A stretch of DNA of 61,106 nt, filler included, from Basidiobolus ranarum (taxonomy: Eukaryota), in NCBI GenBank assembly GCA_040143965.1. It is 5 parts of 5 records of this genome, joined end to end, with 100 filler letters (N's around TTAATTAATTAA, not from the genome) between each part and the next. Parts side by side here need not be neighbours in the genome. Positions count along the whole stretch, not along the records: positions 48,985 to 61,106 come from JASJQH010007441.1; 4 more parts are not named here. One strand, written 5' to 3'. Position numbers and translations under genes: made by a program. This document shows, in pieces, positions 50,664 to 61,106 of the stretch. Each line of letters begins with the position of its first letter. Position 1 is the first letter of the stretch. Under the pieces are notes generated by a model. The model had not been told where the DNA came from. It saw nothing but the letters and a program-made list of their open reading frames with translations, and did no database searches.

Positions 50664-52570
50664 ATGGGAAAGGTTCCACCATGGCTGAAATTATATCAAG
50701 CTAACGCAAAAGAATTTATACTGGCCATAGCTTGGATAGTGTGCATACGAGCATGCTATCACTTGACAAGGGTCTTGATATGTCGTCAAGGCTGGTTTCC
50801 AAAGGGGATACGGATTGGCTCCACTACGCTACTTGGCTCTTCTATTGTATCAAGAATACGTAGAATTCTACTCCCTACCAGTAGACTACTTGGGCTAACC
50901 ATGGGTCAATGGTTGATGGTTCTTTTGTACTTCAGTCTAGTGGCATGGTATTCATTAAGGGTGGTGTTCAGTAGATTGTCAAGAAATGTAGATATTGCAC
51001 TGTCGGCTGGATACATATCCATTGCGAATATTCCAATTTTGACAGCATTGGCGAACAAAAACACCATCTTAACTAAGCTGCTTGGAATTAGTCACGAAAG
51101 TCTCAATTATCTACATCAAGCATCTGGTATAGCCACAGCATTCACGGCTACGGTTCATACCGTGTTGTTTAGCTTAGTTTGGCTAAAGTTTGGGAATTTT
51201 CAAAGGTTCATCTTATTGCCATTTGTGATCTATGGGGTCATTGCCCTCATCCTATTCATTGTGTTGTGCCTATCTTCGATCAATTATGTAAGACGTAAGT
51301 TTTATGAGTCATTTTTGGTGATTCATATAGTAGCTTTTGCACTGGCCGTGGTTTTCACAGCACTCCATTTCTCCGAAGATCGAGTTTATCTATTCTATGT
51401 GTTCAGTGGATTCTTACTCTTCCTCTTGGACAGGGCGATTCGAACTTTCAGAGCAATTTACTATAACGTAGTACTATGGATACGTTGCTATAGAAGCGAA
51501 GACAAGGCCCAGTTGGATACCGTCCAGTTAATGCCTGGGAATACTTTGCGTTTAGAATTCTTCAAACCTATGAAATGGCTACCTGGCCAGCATGTCTTTA
51601 TCAGCATGTCAGATGTGGCTTTTGGCCAGTGGCACCCGTTCACGATAACTTCGATATACGAATCTATAGAGGATAGTACCCCCGAAAGACCCATAGTACT
51701 GGTCATTCAAGCACGGGATGGTTTTACAAAAACTCTGTATGAGCGCGCACTAGCTGACTGCAGTTTCAAAGTTAACTTGGGAATACTAGTGGATGGACCA
51801 TACGGTACCTACCACCCTATGCATAATTTTGAAACAGTTGTGCTGATAGCGGGAGGAACCGGTGCTGCATTTACCATACCTATTCTATCTGATCTCATTC
51901 GTAGGAAAAATCAGAACGATCCTAAGTTGCTATCAACCAAAAATGTTCAGTTCGTTTGGAGCATTAAAAGACGAGGTAAGTTTGTGTTGCAAATATACCA
52001 GGTAATTGTGAGTTGGTGAAAGCTAACCTTTTCTCATGTTTCTAGCTCATATTACCTGGTTTGTGGAGGAACTTCGTAAGTGCACACTCCTATCCCCAGA
52101 AGGGTTTTTAAATGTCAGGATCCACTTGACAGCGGAGAATACTGATACCAAGTCCACCGGATCCCTAAAGGAGGATGTGTTTGATGAAACGAGTGCTTTA
52201 CGAAGCTCTATAACTCAACCCAAGAGTTACTCTTCCATTCAGAAAGCTACCTTGGATTGTTCGTTGACGGATTTAGAGTCCGAAGAGTTCTCGGATTTCC
52301 AGACATATCCTCATAGACCGAATTTAAGCGGCATCATTCATGAAGCAACTCATATAGCAAGCCAGGATATCGGGGTGTCAGGTAATTATTGTGACTTTCA
52401 CGGGAACATTCATCAGAGTTTGAACTAATCACGCACTTTAATATTTAGTATGTGGTCCACTGGGTCTGACCAAATCAACGCGCCAGTGTATCAGTGAGAG
52501 AAACTCTTTCAAAACCAAGGCGGGAATCACCGCAGGAATCTATTTACATTGTGAAAGCTTCGAATGGTAA
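50664..52570 (+). CDS. Ferric/cupric reductase (FRE family flavocytochrome), 3 exons
   Basis: Heme His pairs (YLHQ...TVHT; VIHI...ALHF), FAD motifs WLPGQH and WHPFTI, DGPYG, NADPH motif IAGGTG, FVWSIK. Introns 51976-52045 and 52382-52448. Last exon VCGP...LHCESFEW*. Confidence 0.92.
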
Positions 52571-53248
52571 TAGAACATGGCTTTGTAACAAACGTCTACA
52601 TACATTTAGAAAGATCATTATACGTATTCAGCAAGAAGCAAACCCCATTTCTCACCAAACTTTCTAATTGGTGGCAAGATATTGCTTCCCTATATTTGTG
52701 TACAGGAATAAACCAATCATTTTTATCATTTTTCATACGATTCCATTGGCTCCCCAATCAGCTCACAAGACAAATAATATCTCCCTATCAGCCTTTATCT
52801 GATCAGACTTATCAGATTTTTTAATTATTCACTAATACTAGTGTCATCCATGAATGCATTAGCGATTGTTTACAAAGGTAATACAGGCAAATCTACGAGT
52901 GATACAAGTGCCTTCGGATGAACTGTTGACAATCCATCCGCTTGTTTTCACCATGTTTACCCACCAGGAACACATCATTACTGGCAGAAAATCTGTTTGC
53001 ACTCCTATTAGTCCTGTGGAGAGTGAGCTTCACCCCTTTCATATTTGAGTTTCCAAGCCAAGGTATAATCTATTCGTTCATTTATTTATACAGAAGTTCA
53101 TCTGTGAGTGTTGAAGTGAGAAATCTCCTTTTTCTAAATAAGACTTTCATGGAATCTGAGGGGAATTTGATATCAATATCCGGTTGATCAGCATGGGGTG
53201 AGGCAAATATTCGTGCTGCAAAAGGAGGAATGACGAGCTAGAATGGAT

Positions 53249-55137
53249 TTACATTTGCTTCAGTACACTCTTTATGAATCCTCGAAACAAACGAAATTGC
53301 TTTTTATCCCCTGCCAATCTCCTGACCACTACCGCGGATTTATTTGTCCTTGGCACTTCGACAACTTTGATCTTAGCCGAGAAAGTTTTCTTCTCAACTA
53401 AATTCCAGTGAACTTCTGTCAGAGACGGAGAGTGCTGGCATATTAGCTTTGATTTAGCGTCTAATATGTAGGCAAATTGATGTTCGTCCAGAAATTGAAT
53501 CATCTTTGATAGAAGTACAGAGGCTTTCTCTTTGGAAAAAGTGACCACGCAGTGGTTCAAGTAGATGAATACACTTGCTTCATTTATATGCCGAGTTTGC
53601 AAACCAACCGCACTATCGTTATCATCGCTTTCTTCAGCATCTAATAGTAGAAGACTACGCGAAATTAATTCGTATAATGAGGTTACCGGGCTTCTTTTCA
53701 CCAATACTCGCTCTGACGAATTTTTATCCTCCTGGCTTAACTCTAACTCCTTTTCCAAAGCCAATTGAATCTCCGTCTCTGTTAGGTATAAACAAGCACT
53801 CATTTCAATCAGTACTTGGGGATCGATCTCACGTGGAAGGGAGATACTTTCAAGAGGATCGAAAAACGGCATCGGAATCGGTGTTACGTTATGTAGAAAG
53901 CCATGCCTGTATACATCAGCTATGGTCACACGACGTCTTCGGTTGGGATCTAAGCAACGAGCCAGCAGATTCTTACACTCTGATTAGATAAATATTTAAT
54001 TCTCTAATCTAATGTGGTCTCAAGCAATTATTTTTATGGTTACCAAGTGATATATTGTTGGGATATTTAACTTTCCCAGTCATGACACGCTCTAGATTCT
54101 TAGGCCTGGACGGATCTCCAAATGGTAAATACCCCGCAACCATCATAAAAAGCACCACACCTGTTTAGTGTAATACTCTTTCTTTTAGCTCATTAAAAGG
54201 CTAGATTCGTAAATTCAGAGAAACTTACCAAGTGACCATATGTCTACTTCCGGGCCTACATGCATTTTAAACATTAGATTAAGTTTAATGGACCCCTGAT
54301 TGACATTTACTTACCAACGTAAGGTTCCCCTCGTAGAATTTCCGGAGCAGTATAGGGAAGAGAGCCGCAAGAAGTTTTGAGTACTGCATTTCGATTGTAA
54401 AAGTTGGCCAACCCAAAATCAATTAGTTTAATATTATCTTCTTTATCAACAAGGATATTCTATATGAAAATAAATATGAATTCTGGATTGTAAATGCGTG
54501 GCAAGTCACTGAAAAAGAAGTATTGGGTTTACCTCGATCTTAATATCACGATGTGTGATATTATAACTGTGGCAATAACCTGTTTAGACGTCAAGTAAGT
54601 TTACAATCAGGTAATGGGTGCTATTGAATGATATTCTTACTTAAAGCAGCAACAATTTGATTGAAATACCGCTTTGCTCTTTCCTCAGAGAGACCTCGTT
54701 TGCCGATTTTGTCAGCTAGTTGACCACCGTCAACGTATTCGTAAAACAAGTAATAATGAGTATTTGTTACTCGGAAGTTCTTTAATGTCACAATGTTTGG
54801 ATGAGCAAGCAGCCGTGCCATATTGGCCTCGCGCACTACACGCCGCTCCATAGATTTTGTCCTCTTCGTATCACATACAGTACCGCGTCGAATCTGGCGC
54901 TGTATGATCTTTACTGCATACTGTACATCAAATAAGACTGGATGAATAATCGAAGTAGCGTAACTTAAAATAGGCATGTATACTCACTTTCTCTTTGGTG
55001 GCCAAACTCATGACTAGTTTCACTTTTCCATAGCTTCCTTCTCCGAGTGATTTCATTACAGTGAACTCGCCCAGTGGGGTTCTTAGTATTCCTCGATTAG
55101 CGCTCTTCAAGGATAGCGCGATGCGTTTCGAAACCAT
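53249..55137 (-). CDS. Kin1/MARK-like Ser/Thr kinase with C-terminal KA1-like domain, multi-exon
   Basis: GEGSYGKVKL, YAVKII, REANMARLLAHPNI, HRDIKIEN, DFGLANFY, KTSCGSLPYTAPE, EVDIWSLG, and KA1-like VVVRRLAGDKKQFR. Confidence 0.85.
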
Positions 55138-56444
55138 GGGAAAGGTGCTCGTAGAATTGGAAAGTTTCTCTGTTGGGGAATTGGGATAACTGTAGTTTTA
55201 ATGCAGGTCCAAGTTACCAATATCCACGTATGATTGATGAAAGCGTATGATTACTCTAGTGACAGATGAAAATTTGCTTAACGGTCAAAATAGTAAGATG
55301 ACTAGATAGGATGAGATCTTTCAAAAACGCGGAAAGTGATTTATAACAAGTTCAATCAAATAGGTCATCCTGCGAGTTGGTGCACTTCTATTGACAGTGT
55401 ATCTGGTCAATTCAAGAATTAAAATCTCCTCGCATGGTAACCATTTCTTTTCCTGTTCTCTTAACAGATAAACTAGAATAAAGAAATCCAAGGAAAATCA
55501 ATGCAATGGCAGTCATTCCTATTGTGCTGACTCCTCATCAATTCTTGTTATAGACAGCGGATTTGGATAATAATTTCATCGGAGATTTAATCCGGCTAGT
55601 TACTCTGTTATTTACATAATTAGTATAGATTATAGTGGTAAATAGGTACAGGTTGAAGAGAGTAAAAAATGAGCTACATAAATAATCTACATGTAACATT
55701 TAATCTCCTCTCATGCTTTTTTGTTTCTTATATTCTTTCGCTTTAGACAATGTTCACGCATACTTATTGAGCTCCAGAAGTATGCTGGTACTGATAATCA
55801 ATAGAGTACTTAAATTCTGCTTCATAAAATCTGGTTCTCAGCTAGTACTATTGGAAAGTACTTCCGATCCTTAACAGCTCCTAATACGAAAATCACATTA
55901 GTAAGTGGCAAGGGAGTGAATGCAACTTACAGCAAGTAAGTGGAATCTGTGTTGCAATACAATCTGGGTTCGAATGGCATTGTTAGAGAAAATTTACGCT
56001 TTTCGTTCACCATACTAACATAATTAGGATAGTTGAAACTCTTTATTTAACTAATATTCGTGTCAAAGATGGTTCTAGAGGCTCATAGAACAATATATTG
56101 GGAATATATGGCGTATTCTAGCCAGGTATGTGTAGCGATCGGCCTACTATTATCAATAACGCTCCGTGTATTGCTATCAATATACAGCTGCACATAACAA
56201 GTTCAACAACAGTTATTTGCTTGACCACATGCATCATCCGAAATTATCAACATACCCGGTGTAATGTGCCGTGAGATATAGGATTGAATACAATTTAGAT
56301 AACAAATTATCACGAGGCGAGGCAATACTTGGCTTTATTCTCAAACAATGGCCAGTGATTGCCGGATATTCCAAAATGGAGGATCTCGTGGGGTATTCGA
56401 ACAGGGAAACTCCTACCAATAAAAACTGCATGATGGGAAGGGGC

Positions 56445-56753
56445 TTAAGATGTTTTGGAGGTCCAATGTAGTCGATGTCCACTTTCACGATTTTGTAATT
56501 TCTTAATCAGATTATCTCGGTCAGTGATGCTGGGCAAATAAGACCTAGTGATATCGCGGCCGATACGATGTTGACTGTGGGGAGAGAATAGCATTCTATC
56601 TGCACGAGATTTAGGGTTGCGAGATTTATGTGATCCCCAATGAATAGTACTGCTGGGCAGAATTACCCAGTCATCAGATAGGCAGTCATCAGCAACACTA
56701 ATGTCTTTATTCCCGCCAAACACTTGTTCATTAATCCAAGCAAGCATAGACAT
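56445..56753 (-). CDS. Small hypothetical protein (102 aa) with LIR/AIM-like motif
   Basis: ATG-initiated ORF in otherwise gene-free DNA: MSMLAWINEQVFGG...SDDWVIL, followed by a basic tail. Confidence 0.45.
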   Translation of the reverse strand: MSMLAWINEQVFGGNKDISVADDCLSDDWVILPSSTIHWGSHKSRNPKSRADRMLFSPHSQHRIGRDITRSYLPSITDRDNLIKKLQNRESGHRLHWTSKTS

Positions 56754-59700
56754 CGCTACTTGAATACGTATTTAGTGGATAGATTTGAAAAGTTGTCTGC
56801 ACACAACAGCTGGCTAGCAGGGTAAGATATATTGAAAGTTAGATGGGCTTGAAAATGACCAATCCCAATGAAGCAAGCAAGAATAAGGATTCACGACAAA
56901 TTTACAGTGTATCTACAGTAGGGATTGCCGCAAGACACCAGGGCGAAATAGGGTATTTGAATATGTATTGCGAATGCTAATGGCGAAGATGGGTTGATTT
57001 ACAATGCGTAGAGAAAGGTGAGAAGGCCAGAAGAATATTACGAGATTGCTAACGGATACCTGGGATGGGAGGTATATATATACAAATCATGGTACCAACA
57101 AAGGATGATGCAATGAATGGAACCTAGCCTACCACGTCACTGCTGTCTGTTAATTCACCTCCAAACTAGTCACGTCTCCCAAGCATGAAGTAATGATTGG
57201 CCAGATACTACACAACCCAACAAAAGAATGCTAGCTCGAGCCGATCTGTTTTGCTGCGAAGTCAAATGGACTATTTACTGATTTCAGTGGTCGAAATGAT
57301 GCTTTACACACCCTCTTTCTCTTGATCTCCCCTCTATTTCGCAAATTGCTCTCTGGCGTAGTAGTTTTGCGAGTCATGTCTCATAAGCATGTTGCAAAGT
57401 ATCTTCTAAAACGGGAAGGCACTTAAGGCTTATTGCACGATATAACCTTCAGTCGTAAGGAATATCATTATAGCCCTATCAGCGACGAAACACTTCGTGA
57501 TGGTGTTTTAGATGTCATTAAAGCTGTATGACGAAAAGATTTCACAAGGCAGAGATTGCACATGACTTGCTTATAGCTTCTTTAGCCCGGAATAATCTCT
57601 TAACAAATGGATCCAATCTCGACATATCTAGGCTGTGCTAAATTGCGGCATGGTGACTGGGCGATTACAAATTGCCAATGCTCTAAAGGCCAGCTTGCAG
57701 AATCCTCAAATCTGAATTGACTTCCGAGGCAGGATCAGAAGACACGGTTACTATGATCTCTGCTCAGTCATTTGCTCTACGAAAGGGTCACGTGACTCAC
57801 CAAGATAGCTAATATAAGTTCGCTGATAAGATTGGAATTGTAATGCATCACAGATTCAGATTCATCTCCTCACCAACATATTAGATAGTATAGCCGCAGC
57901 AGGTCCTATTGTTGATGAAATATTGACGAATACTTAGTCAAGTTACATTTAATAAAGATTCTCACATCTAACTTGTCCTTACTTCTACGTCTAATAGAGC
58001 GACTTTGATGTTGCCCCACAATTTGAAGACAAATCATGTGATTCATGCTGAAACTCAATTTGCACAGCCACTTAGCGCATTCTCAAGCCCACTAGTAAAA
58101 TAGCGACTAGCGCAAAATTGGGCTTGATGTTGCTAGAAACACTTGAACAAACACTGAAGCACTGAGGAGAGACGAGTTCATGAGTTGTCCATTTGGGAAT
58201 GACTTTTAGTGAGAGGTCGCCATTAGTCAGTGTAGTTCCCTAACAATAAATCGTATGAACTCATCAAGTGCTAGTACGTGGGGTTCGTTCTTCCAAGAAT
58301 GATATAATTATTTCCTGATGTGATAGAGACGTAATGTTAATGAAACTTTCATATCGTGAGCTACAGAATTGAATAGATTAAGTTTTCACCAGTGTGTATA
58401 CATATGCATCTCAGTAATCTGGATGTGCTTGATACTCAGGGGAAGTAGAATAGTATATGGCGCTCCAATAACTTCGTACCTTTTGAGGCATATTAAGCAA
58501 GTGCCAGTAACAATTAAGCTTTTCTGATGTGATTTTGAAGGAGCAACTCTGGGGGTACATTGTTTGAATTTTAGCGCTGCGGCTTAGCCATCATTAGCCG
58601 TTCATGAAAAGCAGATATTTCGGAGTTGTTTGTGCGGTTGCAACTGCATTGGGATGGTTTGTGATGACAAAGAATACTGACTTCTTGGACATCATCTGCA
58701 TTCTACAGTAAGTACGTAAGCTCACTATTCTGAACTTCTTGAGATGGAGCGATGTAATCGTTCTATTACAGATATATAGAACTATAATTGTATTCAATTA
58801 TAAGGGTTTTAATTGCACCATCATGGTAAGATGATACAACATATTCACATCCATTCCAAAGATTTATAGTTTGATTATAATAAAGACCAAGAAAAGATTA
58901 GCACTTTGAGCTTTGTTTATTCTGCACTTTTATCAGTCCTTTTATTTCAGTATCTAGAGGTTCCTACATGAAATATTTGTAGTCAAGACCATGTACTATC
59001 TCTGATTATCTTTGTGTATTGCACAAATGTCTTCAACTGAAAATACATGACAATACCTCATACATGGTGCCAGTTGAGTATAACTATGCAGACAACAACT
59101 TGATGGCAGGAATTTACATTATACTTTTGACTGAAATTGTATATAAACAATCAGCACTTCAATACATTCATGTTTCAATGCTTTACTATCATTTTATATT
59201 GACATACGTTTAGTATCTGAATAAAGCTATAAAATTTTCACCTTCAGAGTTTTCTGTATTTACAGTTTATCTATTGATTAGTGCTATATTCACGTGCACT
59301 AAATGGAACCTAAGCAATATGGTTAAAAAGTATTACTTAGATAAATAATTACACATGGCTATCACGATGATGTACAAACCTATAGAACCGTTTCGTAGAC
59401 CAAGTAAAGCATCTGTGAAATGCTTCATTAGGATAGATCGGAAACTCGTTAGATTGATATTTCGAGCTTAATTTCCCAAGAAATTTCTAATAGTAACTCT
59501 CGATAAGTATAGACAGTGGCGCGTTTGTAGTCAATTCAGTTGATCAGATAGCGCTGCATACATTTGTTTTCAAAAACTATTGATACAAACTGAAGGAGCA
59601 GTCGAATAAACGTGCCCCGGAACCTTTATTAGCTACAGGGTACTTTCACTGTTTGGATTAATCACTAATTTCTATGGTATTTGATTGGTACAAAGTTAGC

Positions 59701-61106
59701 ATTTGAAATATTACCCTATGCACGCCTTACCAACAATAACGGACAAAACCATGTTACAATACTTGTGGCTAGGTCTTGCTCCACAATATTACATTGGAAC
59801 TACACGTGTATTCATGCGCGTTTGATTGAACTTTCTGATAACATGCGTGTGATACTTCGTTAAGTATACACTTTCACTCCGAAACGGTTTTTTCCTTAAG
59901 ATCATACGGATATATTAAGTAGAGTAAACATCAGTTGGTGGGATGCTTGGTTCTCAAATGTTGTAACATCTATTTCGATTATAGAGGATCTCCCACATAC
60001 CTGAATTCCGTGAAGTGAAGATACTTCAATTCTCATAAATAGCAGTCTGAGTCAATGAGTACATCTGCCTTCTCATCATGATTATCACCACGAGAGAAGT
60101 GTACAAACTAACGTCTGTATATGTGTTTACGAATTCAAATTGCCTCAGTGAATTTGGAGATAACAAGTAATGAGAGTGTGTAGGGCTTTCAAAAGACCTA
60201 CTACTAACACACAGTGTCAAGTTCAGAGATTTCGGTTATTGCTTAGCGCTGAAGTAATAGGGTTGTTCCCTTCAATGAATCTCGCTCATCTGACACTATC
60301 ATCAAACTGAATGGTATCATTTGATTGACTTGCCGACGTATTTCGGATTGTAATATAAAAAGGTTTCTGAGTGGCAAAAAAACAAGTATAACGTGCACAC
60401 ATGAAAATCTCTACCGCGATTCAGTAATCGTCAGCAATGGTAGGGCGATCAGACTAAATCTTACCCATGCCCCAGGTTACCACAATTTCCAGTTTATTCC
60501 CGTAGCCCAATGGCTTGTCGCTGAAACAGTGAGAGAGTATATGTGCCATTGTAGTTGGTGAGCGATAGAAATTTTGGTGTGACAAATGTGTATCAAGGGA
60601 TAAGCTCAATTAATACTGATTAGTCGACGAGTTGCACTATTCTATGAAGGTACAGTGACAATCAATTGAGGCATCTTGATAATTTCTCACACAATGAAAG
60701 TTCAGTAGCTGGTTTGTGTGTGATGGACTATCCCAACCTGCGAGACTAGTGAGTTTAAGCATCAATTCTATTTGTCAGAATGCTAGGTTGATCATTCACT
60801 ACTTAGATTTTGAGTTACCAACTTACATACAGCAGGATGAAAGCAGGTTTGGACAATGCCCTCGGCACCATTCTTGCCAACTGGCCTAGACATCAATATT
60901 CCCTCGAGCATTCACCTAAGTGTAATCATCTATTCAGTAATGTAGAGCAACAGCTCAGTTCAGCTCCCACCCAGTTGTCGCTTTATATCGTTTGTGGCAT
61001 GTGCCAGTACCCAGTTTCTAACAGATTAAATGGGTTTGAAAGAGAGGCTACTATTTTGTTCCAGAAAGGAAACGATTGACAAAACGTACCAGAAGCCTGG
61101 TATTGA

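Noticed and set aside
40954-52570. FET4-FET4-ferric reductase as an iron gene cluster
   Set aside because: An artificial spacer at 48885-48984 separates them, so physical linkage is unsupported.

Overview
Eukaryotic, AT-rich fungal DNA with short (about 50-90 nt) GT-AG introns. Gene content suggests a non-Dikarya, early-diverging fungus; this is an inference and the species cannot be fixed from sequence alone. The window is not one locus. It is five pieces of 12185, 12137, 12134, 12128 and 12122 bp, in descending size, joined by identical 100-bp N44-TTAATTAATTAA-N44 spacers, so adjacency across spacers carries no biological meaning. Piece 1: CAMK-like kinase, GH31 alpha-glucosidase, succinate-semialdehyde dehydrogenase, partial UDP-glycosyltransferase. 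Piece 2: Pan1/intersectin-like 3' end with two SH3 domains, BRI3-like small protein, CreA/Mig1-like zinc-finger factor, RabX1-like GTPase. Piece 3: 5'-broken pescadillo, importin-alpha, a DONSON homologue, a non-canonical CDK1-like kinase, an orphan gene, ureG, an LEA-like fragment. Piece 4: a CpG-depleted nest of copia/LTR remnants, two tandem FET4-like permeases, a Gly/Tyr-rich fragment. Piece 5: ferric reductase, Kin1/MARK-like kinase, a small LIR-motif ORF. Most notable: a fungal DONSON with NPF motifs, the adjacent CDK1 variant (Ala at the Thr14 position, PTTAIRE), ATCWGATAA iron-GATA sites clustered at the iron genes, a gene-conversion tract between the FET4 copies, and a possible TP53INP/DOR-like microprotein. 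I cannot establish a new multi-gene system here. All family calls are from motif recognition, not database searches.
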